Shown here piece by piece: positions 30,560-41,600 of a DNA stretch of 64,000 nt (position 1 is the stretch's first letter; every line of letters starts with the position of its first letter). The stretch comes from Roseibacillus sp. GTDB taxonomy: Bacteria > Verrucomicrobiota > Verrucomicrobiia > Verrucomicrobiales > Akkermansiaceae. Under the pieces are notes generated by a model that saw only the letters and a list, made by a program, of their open reading frames with translations, was not told where the DNA came from and made no database searches. Both the position numbers and the translations under genes were made by a program. The DNA lies in assembly GCA_051251855.1 (NCBI GenBank), contig JBPOGI010000001.1, forward strand, positions 960,001 through 1,024,000, written 5' to 3'.

Positions 30560-31753
30560 ATGGAATCTCTCTCTATCCCACAAGCGAGGAAGCTTGTCCT
30601 ATTATCGCAGAGGGTTCTGACAGTGCAGGGTGGCTCTGCCCAAGATGCGACGCTCTCTGCAATTGAGCATCTCGGCTACATTCAGATTGACGCGATTTCC
30701 GTGATAGAACGGGCCCATCATCATACCTTGTGGAATCGTAATCCACGGTATCAGAGTTCACAACTTGAACAGCTTGTCGAGAGCAGGCAGGTGTTCGAAT
30801 ACTGGGCTCATGCGGCGGCTTACTTACCCATGCGCGATTATCGGTTCAGCCTACCTCGCAAACAGTCTCTCGCAAGTGGAGCGCAAAGCCATTGGTATGA
30901 GCGTGACGAGGTGATGATGAGGTGGGTGAGTGAACGTATCGAGAACGAGGGTCCTCTGATGGCGAAGGATTTTGAGGTTGGTGAAAACAAGGTTGGTGAA
31001 TGGGAAATCAAGCCCGCGAAGCGAGCCCTAGAATATCTATTTATGCAGGGAGACCTCATGGCTTCCCGACGGATTAACTTTCAAAAAGTCTATGACCTTA
31101 CCGAACGGGTGTTGCCTGAAAATATTGACACAACTCAACCGAGTTCAACAGAATACGCTCGATTCCTCATTACAGGATATCTACGAGCGAATGGCTTGGG
31201 GCAAGCTGCAGAAATCGCGTATTTATTGAAGAAGACGAAGCCATTGGTAGCCGCCACTTTGGCAGAAATGGTTTCCAATGAGGAGCTGATTCAGATTCGA
31301 GTTGAGGGGCAAGTCTTCTATGCCTTGGTGACGGCATTGGAACTGTTAGGGAAGCCGCTCAGGCGTCGTCGGCTGAAAATTCTTTCGCCATTCGACAATT
31401 TGGTCATTCAACGTGAACGGATGAAGCGTCTGTTCGATTTCGACTATCTGATTGAGTGCTATGTCCCGATGGCAAAACGGCGTTACGGATACTTCTCACT
31501 TCCTATTCTATGGGACGGGAGAATGGTTGCTCGCATGGATTGCAAGGCAGAGAGAAACCTGTCTTTGCTGCATATTCATCATCTCGCGCTGGAGGCTAAG
31601 AAGTTAGACCTAGACTCGTTTTGTTCGGCCCTTCGAAGAGAATTGAAACTCTTCCTATCGTTCAATCAGTGCACTCGAATTCAGCTTCATAGAACAACGC
31701 CGATGGATATCAAATCGAGTTTGCAAGCTGAGTTCGACAAACTCATTTCCTAG
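30560..31753 (+). CDS. ycaQ: YcaQ/AlkZ-like (HTH_42) DNA crosslink-repair glycosylase
   Basis: IQIDAISVIERAH (QxD), FEYWAHAAAYLP, ILSPFDNL, FDYLIECYVP..KRRYGYF. Confidence 0.88.
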   Translation: MESLSIPQARKLVLLSQRVLTVQGGSAQDATLSAIEHLGYIQIDAISVIERAHHHTLWNRNPRYQSSQLEQLVESRQVFEYWAHAAAYLPMRDYRFSLPRKQSLASGAQSHWYERDEVMMRWVSERIENEGPLMAKDFEVGENKVGEWEIKPAKRALEYLFMQGDLMASRRINFQKVYDLTERVLPENIDTTQPSSTEYARFLITGYLRANGLGQAAEIAYLLKKTKPLVAATLAEMVSNEELIQIRVEGQVFYALVTALELLGKPLRRRRLKILSPFDNLVIQRERMKRLFDFDYLIECYVPMAKRRYGYFSLPILWDGRMVARMDCKAERNLSLLHIHHLALEAKKLDLDSFCSALRRELKLFLSFNQCTRIQLHRTTPMDIKSSLQAEFDKLIS

Positions 31754-32361
31754 GGCTTTGGCTCACGAAAGGCACAGCCTTCGAGGTGGTCATTCACCAT
31801 TCCACACGCTTGCATGAAGGCATATGCGGTGGTGGGTCCAACGAATTTCCAACCACGTTTCTTAAGTTCTTGAGAGAGGCGTTTGGAGGTGGGAGTGGAG
31901 GCAAGGGTAGAGAGGTTTGCTTTAGTGAGCTCTTTAGGGCGTTCGTCAGGAGGAGGAACGAATTGCCAGAAAAACTGGTCGAGGCTACCCGCTTCTTCTA
32001 CCAGTTCACAGGCGCGTTGGGCGTTGTTGATAGTGGCTTCGATTTTGCCTCGGTGGCGAACGATGCCGGCATCCGCGAGAAGACGAGTGATATCCTTTTC
32101 ATCAAAGCACGCTACTTTCTCGAAATCGAAGTTGGCAAATGCGGCGCGAAAATTTTCGCGCTTTCGTAGGATGGTGAGCCAGCTGAGGCCGGATTGAAAT
32201 CCTTCAAGCACCACTTTTTGAAAAAGAAGATGATCGTCGTGAACGGCCTTTGACCACTCGTGGTCATGGTAATGCCGATAGTCGTCAAAAGAATTGCCCC
32301 ACCAACAGCGGGGCAATTGATCAGGACCATATTCGAGTCCGTCTGGAAGTTCCTTAGAAAT
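31750..32361 (-). CDS. tag: DNA-3-methyladenine glycosylase I (start uncertain: TTG 32316 or ATT 32361)
   Basis: RCWW, YHDHEW, LEGFQSGLSWLTILRKR, GWKFVGPTT.YAFMQA.G.VNDH..C. Confidence 0.92.
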   Translation of the reverse strand: MSKELPDGLEYGPDQLPRCWWGNSFDDYRHYHDHEWSKAVHDDHLLFQKVVLEGFQSGLSWLTILRKRENFRAAFANFDFEKVACFDEKDITRLLADAGIVRHRGKIEATINNAQRACELVEEAGSLDQFFWQFVPPPDERPKELTKANLSTLASTPTSKRLSQELKKRGWKFVGPTTAYAFMQACGMVNDHLEGCAFREPKP

Positions 32362-32365
32362 CGTT

Positions 32366-32902
32366 CTACTCGGCTGCTTCAGTGGCCTCTTCTACAGGAG
32401 CCTCTTCCGCTGGAGCGTTTTCTTTGGCAATGCGCTCTTGGAAGGCTTGCATTTTGGCCATCAGCTCAGGCTGCTTGGCTTGGGCTGCATTCATTCCAAT
32501 CTGCATACCCTTTTGAGTCAGCTCAGGCATAGTCATGAGGACCTTCTTACCGAGGGGGGTCTGATAGAAGAGCTCAAGTTCGGTGAGTTCTTCGGCGGAG
32601 AAGGTGTCAGCGTAGAGCTTCTTATACTCCGCGATAATGGCATCTTGGTCGATATCGTTTTCCCACCAACTACTGAAGATCGCATTGAGCTCAGCAACTT
32701 GTGTAGGATTGAGACCCATCTGTTGAATCATGGGTTGGAGCATGGGCTCCATTGCGGTTTTGAAGCCTACGGCCATTTCTTCGCGGATTCCCATCGTTTC
32801 GATGAGCTTATCAGCGGCTGTGAGAATCTCTTCATTGGCCTCCTGAGCAGGAGCAAGGACGGTCAAGAGAGCGAGAGTAGTGGATGCAATCAGTGCTTTC
32901 AT
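32366..32902 (-). CDS. DUF2059 secreted protein
   Basis: Signal peptide; YADTFSAEEL.EL..FYQTPLGKK. Confidence 0.85.
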   Translation of the reverse strand: MKALIASTTLALLTVLAPAQEANEEILTAADKLIETMGIREEMAVGFKTAMEPMLQPMIQQMGLNPTQVAELNAIFSSWWENDIDQDAIIAEYKKLYADTFSAEELTELELFYQTPLGKKVLMTMPELTQKGMQIGMNAAQAKQPELMAKMQAFQERIAKENAPAEEAPVEEATEAAE

Positions 32903-32914
32903 AGCGGCGTAAGT

Positions 32915-33451
32915 TTACGTGGGTTGTTCGCCTCTGGCCATGACAACTTTCCCGGTTCTCACAGTTTCGATAATTTCAAAGGTCGAGAGCATTCCAACTG
33001 CGGCATCGATTTTGGGGCTGTCGCCTTGGAACATCGCAATCATGGAAGTTGGAGTAAGGTCGAGAGCTTTACCGCTGAAGTGATCGACGATTTGAAGAGC
33101 TTCAGTGCGCTTCGATGCATCGACGAGGACTTTGACAAGGAGCATTTCCTTAACGACGGCATTTTCGGCTGAGTGCTCAAAGCAATGAATGACGTCGATG
33201 AGCTTGTTGACCTGTTTAATAATCTGCTCGAGCCCCTCGGGGTCGCCGGAGATGCCAATAGTCATGCGAGAGAAGTCTTTGGTGCGACCTTGTGAGACGA
33301 CAAGAGAGTCGATGTTAAAGGCTCGACGGGCAAAGACTTGGCAAATGCGCATCAGCACGCCGGGGTCGTTGTTGACCAAGACGGAAAGAGTGTGTGCTCC
33401 GCCCCGGGTGAGGTCTTCGACGGGAGTGTCAGTGGTGACGATAGTTTTCAT
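32915..33451 (-). CDS. ilvN: Acetolactate synthase small (regulatory) subunit
   Basis: HTLSVLVNNDPGVL.RI..VFARR.FNIDSL, KQVNKLIDV, ETVRTG. Confidence 0.93.
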   Translation of the reverse strand: MKTIVTTDTPVEDLTRGGAHTLSVLVNNDPGVLMRICQVFARRAFNIDSLVVSQGRTKDFSRMTIGISGDPEGLEQIIKQVNKLIDVIHCFEHSAENAVVKEMLLVKVLVDASKRTEALQIVDHFSGKALDLTPTSMIAMFQGDSPKIDAAVGMLSTFEIIETVRTGKVVMARGEQPT

Positions 33452-33541
33452 GAGAAATTTAGGTGATATGATTGATGTTCGTTTTGAGGAGAGGGTGGCC
33501 GGTTTGAATCCAACACACCCACAAAGGTGAGCGAACAGGGC

Positions 33542-35272
33542 CTAGGTTGAGCCGACAGGTTTGGCCATTTTGGTCTTGGGTGCCTCAGTAATCATGTCTT
33601 CGAGGGCCGCTCCGGCAGGAATCATCGGAAAGACGTTCTCGTTCTTGACGCACTCGGCGTGGATGAGGATGGGGCCGTCGTTGTAGGCGAGAGCTTCCTC
33701 AATCTTCCGTGAGACATCGGCTGGGCGCTTAATGTTGACGCTCGGGATATCGTAGGCGGCTGCCAACTTACAGAAGTCTGGGTTACCGAGGAGATCGACA
33801 CCGGACTCGCGATTGTCGAAGAAGAGTTCCTGCCACTGGCGAACCATGCCGAGGTAGTGGTTGTTGAGAACCACAATTTTGATCGGGAGCTTGTGAATCT
33901 GAGCCGTTGCCAATTCAAAGAGGGTCATCTGGAATCCTCCATCGCCAGAAATAGAGATCACGCACTTTTCAGGTTGGGCGAGCTGGGCGCCGATAGCAGC
34001 AGGGAAGCCAAAACCCATAGTGCCTGCTCCTCCAGAGGAGAGCCAGTGATAAGACTCGTCGTTCTTGTAGAACTGAGCCGCCCACATCTGATGCTGACCA
34101 ACGTCAGTCGAGACGATGGCTTTGCCCTCGGTCTGCTCGTAAAGTTCATGGATGACCTGCTGCATGCGGAGACCGCCTTGCTTGCGGAATGAGAGAGGGA
34201 ACTTCTTCTTGTAGCCGTCGAGGTGAGTAAGCCACTCAGCGGTTTCAAGAGGTTGAATTCTTTCGATCAGCTGAGTGAGCGCTGCTTTGGCATCTCCAAT
34301 GACTTGGACGTCTGGACGGATCATCTTGTCCATCTCGGCGGGGTCGATGTCGATGTGGATGATTTTCGCATCTTGGCAGAACTTTTCAGGATTACCGATG
34401 ATACGATCGTCGAAGCGAGAACCAACATTAAGAAGGAGATCGCATTCGCACATCGCTTTGTTCGCATAGGCCGTTCCGTGCATGCCGAGCATGCCGAGTG
34501 ACAGGTCGTGAGTTTCGGGGAAGACGCCTTTGCCCAAGAGCGTCGAGGTGACAGGGCAACCAAGAGTCTCAGCAATTTGCATGAGTTCGCTATCGGCCCG
34601 TGCAATCATACATCCTTGGCCAGCCAAAATGACGGGGCGCTTGGCTTGAGCAATGAGAGCCGCGGCCTCTTCAATGGAAGAGGGCTCGATGTTCATGGAC
34701 TCGTAAGGGTCATACCCAGGAAGGTCGATGTCGGCGTTCATGTCGCCAGAGAACTCGCCTGAAGAAATATCCTTGGGGATATCGATCAGGACGGGACCGG
34801 GGCGTCCGGTGGTCGAGATGTGATACGCTTCCCGAGCGATGCGGGAGAGGGAGTTGGTGTCCTTAACAAGATAGTTATGCTTCACCACTGGGATAGTGAT
34901 GCCGAAGATGTCCGCTTCTTGGAAGGCGTCTTTACCGAGCATCCAGGTGACTTGCTGACCACAGAGGACAATCATAGGGACTGAATCCATCATGGCAGTC
35001 ATCAGACCAGTGACCGTATTACCTGCTCCGGGACCTGAAGTCACGAGGACTGCGGCAGGCTTGCCAGTGGCACGAGCGTAGCCATCGGCCATGTGAACGG
35101 CGCCTTGTTCGTGACGAACTAGGATGAACTTCATCTTAGTTTTTACCGTTTCAAGGGCATCAAAGATGGGGATTGCGGCTCCGCCAGAATAACCGAAAAT
35201 ATATTCAATACCCAAATCGTCGAGGGTCTTAATGAGAGCCTGCGCTCCGTCGAGTGGTTGTTTTTTAGCCAT
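33542..35272 (-). CDS. ilvB: Acetolactate synthase large subunit, biosynthetic
   Basis: [39 protein letters not shown]...[11 protein letters not shown]. Confidence 0.96.
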   Translation of the reverse strand: MAKKQPLDGAQALIKTLDDLGIEYIFGYSGGAAIPIFDALETVKTKMKFILVRHEQGAVHMADGYARATGKPAAVLVTSGPGAGNTVTGLMTAMMDSVPMIVLCGQQVTWMLGKDAFQEADIFGITIPVVKHNYLVKDTNSLSRIAREAYHISTTGRPGPVLIDIPKDISSGEFSGDMNADIDLPGYDPYESMNIEPSSIEEAAALIAQAKRPVILAGQGCMIARADSELMQIAETLGCPVTSTLLGKGVFPETHDLSLGMLGMHGTAYANKAMCECDLLLNVGSRFDDRIIGNPEKFCQDAKIIHIDIDPAEMDKMIRPDVQVIGDAKAALTQLIERIQPLETAEWLTHLDGYKKKFPLSFRKQGGLRMQQVIHELYEQTEGKAIVSTDVGQHQMWAAQFYKNDESYHWLSSGGAGTMGFGFPAAIGAQLAQPEKCVISISGDGGFQMTLFELATAQIHKLPIKIVVLNNHYLGMVRQWQELFFDNRESGVDLLGNPDFCKLAAAYDIPSVNIKRPADVSRKIEEALAYNDGPILIHAECVKNENVFPMIPAGAALEDMITEAPKTKMAKPVGST

Positions 35273-35290
35273 AAGATTCGCTACGGAGTG

Positions 35291-35319
35291 ACTTTGCTCT
35301 ATTTTTCAGGCGTCCGCAA
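35291..35319 (-). promoter_or_regulatory. Putative ilvB promoter
   Basis: TTGCGG-N17-CAAAGT, 18 nt upstream of the ATG. Confidence 0.4.
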
Positions 35320-35692
35320 GGCGAAAGCGAGTCGTTTTCCCCTAAGTTGATTGTTTTTTCGCGCCAGTCCTCTCGAAGTTGAGTGTTTTCACTGGAAGTC
35401 TCTCTCTTCGGGGGGACGAAGGTTCTAAAATTAAGGCTGTTTTCGCTAAGGGGGCAGTTTTGTCGAGGGTCGGGGGACTTGAGGTAGGCCGTCTGTTAAA
35501 TCTGAAGTTGCTGGGTAAAGTGGAAATTAGTTAGCGAGACTATATGTTTTCGAGCGTTTTAAGAGGGCGATTCACATGGGGTTAACGCAAAGGAAATCAA
35601 GCGATTAAGCTAATCTTAGCAGTCGACAAGTTCTTCCTGTTTGGCGACTTCCAGTCTTTTTGGTATCTGTTACGAGGAAACAACAACAGTTT

Positions 35693-38600
35693 ATGAATAT
35701 TAGAAGATTCCTCTTTTGGATCGTTCTGGGAACGATTCTGTCCGGAAATTTGCTTAGGGGGCAAATACCACCAGTCAACAACCCAGAGGTGTGGCTTCGA
35801 GGGGATTTGGGAGTGGTAACCGACGGTGGTGGATTGATCGAACGGTGGGAGGACCAATCGGGGAATAGCTATCATTTCGAGCAACTCGATGGAACAAAGA
35901 GGCCTTCGTTAGCTCCTCATGGTTTTGTTGTCGGTGGTGGTGTATTGAACGAGATTCCAAGAAATAGTAATGGGAACGCAACTTGGGGTGGGACAGTTGC
36001 GACAGACTTAGTGATTGATGAAGAGGTTCAGGTCACCGAGTTAGCTGTCTTCGATCAAAACCAAGATGGACTCTCGGAGACTATTACAGTTGCCCTTTGG
36101 CAAAGACTCGAAAATGGTACTCCTAATGTATTCGAAGATGACATTGAAGGTGCCATTTTGGTGCAACTGGACTTTACGACGGCGAGCCCAGGAACTCTTG
36201 ATGGCAATCGACGTTGGAAGACGCTTGCAGCTCCGCTGACGCTGCCACCTGGAAGCTACTCACTGGGGGCATGGGGATATGGCGTCCAGAATTACCACTT
36301 TTACAATGATGCGACTCCTTCTCCAGCAAGCCCTGTCAGGCGGGTGGGTTGGGGGCGGTTCTCAGACACGACAGCTCCAGGGGCTTGGCCAAATAATCGA
36401 GGGTCCGGTTCCAGTACAGATCGGTATGCGGGAGCGGTGGATATGCGATACGAGGTCACGGGGACTCCGACTTTGTCGCGGGCAGCGGTTCGGTTCGATG
36501 GCTCTAATGATGGGCTGCAGGCGGTGGATACTCTTTCGCTGAGTCGTCCTGGGAGCGTCTTTGTCGTCTATCGAAGAGATTGGGCTGATGCGGGATATAT
36601 TTTGCAGAATACCAGTGGGACCCACTGGTATCTGGACCACAATACCGCTTACGCGGGAGGAACGGTCAGGGAGCAAGATCGTAGTTGGACTGCGCCTTGG
36701 TATGCAGAGATGCAGAACAGTGCCGATGGCACTCGCTTTCGCACGAATGGGGAAGACTGGACGTATTTTGGCGACTTTAATGGTGCCAATCCCGGTCGGC
36801 TTACGATTGGCGGCGGCGCGGGGCGAAGTAATAGCCCTTTAGGGGTTCGCATCGCTGAGGTCTTGGCTTACGAACGGGAGTTGACGGACTCCGAGAGGTG
36901 GCAGGTGAACGACTATCTCGCGGAACGTTATGGTTTTGAAACTTTGCCAGTGGCGACTCCTAAAATTGCCCCCGAGAATTCGATTGGTTCTGGTTCCGTT
37001 TCGGTATCGATCACATGCGACACTCCCTCGGCAGAAATTCGGTATACGATCGACGGAAGTGAACCGGACGGGTCTTCAATATTGTATGGCGCGTCCTTTT
37101 CGGTAGCGCGCGGGGTAGAGGTGAAATCAAAAGCGTTTCTTGCTGGGAATACTGATAGTGGGGTGGCTGCTCGCTACTATGAGGATAGTAGTGATAGTGA
37201 GATTCCGGTAAGTGGCTCCACGATGTGGTTGCGAGCCGATCGTGGGATCGAGCTTGATTCTGCAGGAAGGGTCGCTCGCTGGCAGGACTTGACGGGTAAT
37301 GGGAGGGATATGACTCAAGGTACGGGATATCAGCGTCCAGAGCTGGATCCGAGCGGGATGGAATTAGGGCAAGGAATAGCGATTCAACCTTCAACAAGGA
37401 GCAATAATGGGGGCAATGCTTATAACGGAACATTGGGAATGGACTTTGTAGTGACTGAGGAAATTGAGGTCACCGAGTTGCGTGCGTTTGACCATTTGGG
37501 AGATGGTTTCGCTACTCCTGTCACGGTGGCGATTTGGGTGCGCGATGATGGCGGAACGGCTCTGACTCCAGAGGACGATCTTCCTGGAGTTTCTTTGGTT
37601 GAGATCGAATTTTCCGCAGCGAATCCCGGGACGCTTGGGGAGTTTTCACAAAGGGTTCAAACCCTACCCAGTCCGCTGGTGTTGGCTCCGGGTAGTTATA
37701 CTCTGCTGGGATGGGGGTTCTCAGGTGACAATAGATACCACAATGGCACGAGTGGGAGTTGGCCTTTGGACAAGGGCATCGAATTTGTGAATCGTTCTCG
37801 CTATCTAGGCACTCTTGGGAGTTGGCCAACAACTTTGGATATTGATGAGGTCAAGTATCACAACTCCGCCAACTTCCGCTTCAATCGCACGAGCGGGACT
37901 GTCGTTTCCCGTCCAACGGTGACCTTTGATGGCGCTGATGACGGGCTATGGGCGCTCCCTGCCACCGATTTAGCCAATCCTGCTACGGTTTATGTGGTTT
38001 ACGATCGGCAGGGAACAGACAGTGGCTATGTGATGCAAAGTAGCCCCGGTCAAAACTGGTGGTTCTTGCGTAATGATGGGGCCTTTAATAACAACTGGAT
38101 TCAGAATCGGGCTATCCCTCGCGCCAAGGTGACGATTGCTGGAATGTCGAGCGATGGCTCCGGCACTCGATTTTTTGTAGATGGCAATGATTGGACCGAA
38201 CGTCCGGGGCAAGTAGGTGCGCCGAGTCGTTTGACGCTGGGTGGCGGCGTTGGGAGGTCCATTGACCCCCTCTGGGTTGAAGTTGCAGAAGTGGTTGCCT
38301 TTGATCGGGTCCTCGATGCCAATGAACGTTTGGAGGTTGAGAATTGGCTACGCACTCGCTATCTCGATGAAGGCGCCATCGGTCCTGAGGTGGTCGTTTC
38401 TCCAGAAGGTGATTTTGGAGCGAGCTCGGTTTCGGTAGAACTCTCTTCGATTTCGGGTGCAGAGATTCGTTATACTCTGGATGCAAGCGAACCCACTCCT
38501 AGTAGCGCTCTCTATTCGGGGGCGATTTTGGTGCCGCGTGACACGAAGGTTCGAGCTCGGGCTTGGCTCAATGGGAACGGAGGAACGATTAACGACGAAT

Positions 38601-41600
38601 TTTATGGTGATTCAGGAACAATCGAGCTGCCGGTTGCAGGGGCGAATTTATGGGTGAGGGCTGACTGTGGTTTGACTTACGATGAGGATGGGGCGGTGAA
38701 GGCTTGGAAAGATCTCACTGGGAATGGGAACGATTTTTTGCAGGAAATTCCCGAGCTTCGACCCCGACTAGATGAGTCCGGTTTAAATTCGAGTGAGCGT
38801 GGAGCAATCCAAGCAACGGATGGCAATGGTAATGGAGTTTACGCCGGATCACTTGGTAATGATTTGTCGGTGACGAGCCCAATTGAAGTAACCCATCTCG
38901 GTGCCTTCGATCATCTGGGGGATGGCTTCAATGGGACGATCACGGTGGAGATCTGGACTCGGAACGACAATGGGACGGCCTCAAGGTCCGATGATACGGG
39001 AGGAACGATGTTGGCGTCGGAGACTTTTACCACGGCTTCTCCCGGCACTTTAGTTGGGCGTCAGCAACGATTTAAAGCTCTCGCTTCAGCAATCACTTTG
39101 GCACCTGGTGAATACACAGTCTTTGGTTGGGGCTATGTTGGTGGAGACCGCTATCGTGAAGGTCGTGGTTCGACTCAGATCAACGATAATCGGTTTTCGT
39201 TTCCCGCTTGTGTCTACAATGGAACCGCAGGGGCTTTCCCAACTGTGGTCGATGGAAGTGGTCCTCTCGATTACAACGGAGTGGCGAATTTTCGAGTGAC
39301 GCCTGTTTCGCCAGTTGCTCAGGTGCCTGCGATTGTGTTCGATGGCGTCAACGATGTCATCCATGGGGTCGATACCATGAACTTTGGTCGCCCTTCCACG
39401 GTCTTTACGGTTTTCGAAATCGATCGTGATGAAAATGGTGATGTCATTCAGAATACTTCGGGAACTGCTTGGGCTATTGATAAGCGAGGCTTCTATGCGG
39501 GGAACTGGGTGAGGCTTGAGGATTTTGCCATTGGTCAGCCGACCTTGGCTACGATGGTCAACGGGGCTGATTATACCGAGGCTTGGCGCAACGGGAAGAA
39601 TGTGACCACCAATAGGACGTTGTCCACGGGTTCACCAGGAAGACTCATTATGGGTGGGGGTGAGAATGGTGTGTCGGTCGATCCTCTTCCGGTCCGAATT
39701 AGCGAGGTGATCGTCTTTGAACGAATTCTCGATGAAGGAGAGTTGAATTTGATGTCTAACTATCTCGCCGAGCGGAATGGTCTCTATTTGCCTCGGGCGG
39801 AGATGCCGGAGATTGGACCCTTTGCTAGTTACGGATCTGGTCCTGTGGAAGTGAATTTGAGTTCGGTAACACCAGGGGCGGAGCTTCGTTACACGATTGA
39901 TGGAAGTGAGCCGACTGCAACATCACTTCTCTACTCGGGACCATTTAATGTTGCTCGAGGGACCCTTGTTCGTGCGCGGGCATTTGGGCCTGGTCTTCAA
40001 GCCAGCACGATTTCCGAAACATTCTTTGGAGATGAGGCGATGCATCCTCTTCCGGTCACAGATCCTGCGATGTGGCTTCGGGCCGATGTTGGGGTTGAAG
40101 AGGGGGTGAATGGTGGGGTCGAGCGTTGGCGCGACTTGTCAGGAAATGGCCATGATGTGGTCCAAGTTTCAGAGGCAAGAGCACCGCAAAGAATTACAGG
40201 ACAGTTTGGCGGGAGTGGCCAAAGCCGGCTCATGGCACCGAATGAGAGCCCTTTGGGCTTGGGTGCCTACAATGGGTTTCTGGCTGCCGATTTTCAAGTG
40301 GACTATCCCATCGAGGTGACTCATCTCGGAGCTTTTGATTCTCTTGGTGATGGAATAGCGGGAGCCATTACGGTGAAGCTCTATGAGACTGATGATGGAG
40401 GCACTTCTGGAAATAGTAATGCCGACCGAGCAGATGATACCTTGGTGAGCTTGTTGGGGGAGCTTACTTTCACAAACGCTAATCCAGGAGTTCTCGACCA
40501 AGGAATTCGGCTTCTCCCCTTGCCGAGTCCTATCATTCTACAGCCGGGGATCTACACTCTCTATGCGACTGGCTATACGGGAGCCGATACCTACCTCAGC
40601 CAAGATTTGACCAACCAACCCGTTGGTTTCGGGGTCACAATGCTGAACCGAAGTCGCTATTCCGGCACGGAAGGGGCTCTATTTCCTGGGATTGCAGTGA
40701 ACGATGATCGCTATCTGATGGTGGCCAATTGTCGCTTTCAACCTGTTGGATTTGGAGGGACATCGCCTGCGAGTGATGCGATTCGATTTGATGGTTCGGA
40801 TGACGGCTTGTTGGGGCCTGCTGATTTTCTTGTGGACCGTCCTTCGACTGTTTTCATGGTTTTTGATCAGCTTTCGTCTTCACAAGGAAGACTTCTCCAA
40901 AGTGGCAGTGGCGCCAATTATTTGCTGGGGCCACATAGTGGAACTCAAGGCTTGTTTGCCAACGGGTGGGTTGCTCAGAGACCAGTGAGTCCTAATCAGC
41001 CTGCTCTCGTGATTGGTGAGCAGGGAACCGACTATAGCCGCTATTTCTACGCGGGTAGCGAATTTACCCAAGAACCTAATTTCACCGGAAATTTAGGTCG
41101 AGTCGCTCTGGGCGGTGGAGAAGGAGTTTACTTCCAGCCCACCAATGCGGATTTGGCTGAGTTAGTGATCTATGATCGTGTGTTGAGTGTGAGTGAGCGT
41201 CAAGCGGTTGCCCAATCGCTTTCCGATAAACATGGTTTGGCACCTCAGCCTCTGCCCGCGCCCGAGATGACGCCGGACGGAGGACTCTATGCTTCCTCTC
41301 AGACGGTGACCATCTCCTCTCCAATTCTGGGATCTGAGATTCGCTATACCTTGGATGGAAGTGAGCCTGATGTCGCGTCGACTCTTTATACTGGAAGTCT
41401 CACGATAGCGGCGGATACCGTGGTGAAGGCTCGTTCCTATGCTGCTGGTTATCTCGCAGGGCCCGTTCAAACGGGAGCCTTCTTTATCGATAGTGGTGCG
41501 CCTGTGCCTCCTTCTCGCAGCACGATGGAGCTTTGGCTCCGAGCTGAGAAGGGAGTCGAGGGCAGTGGCTCAGATGTTACTGTTTGGAGAGACCTTTCAG

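Noticed and set aside
32438..33172. 244-aa plus-strand ORF
   Set aside because: Antisense to the well-supported DUF2059 and ilvN genes.
33493..33524. GGTTTGAATCC resembling a tRNA T-loop
   Set aside because: No cloverleaf or CCA end; the stem pairs well only on the minus strand.
35273..35400. Possible ilvB leader-peptide attenuator or T-box
   Set aside because: No Leu/Ile/Val-rich mini-ORF or terminator seen, and a promoter-like motif lies only 18 nt from the ATG.
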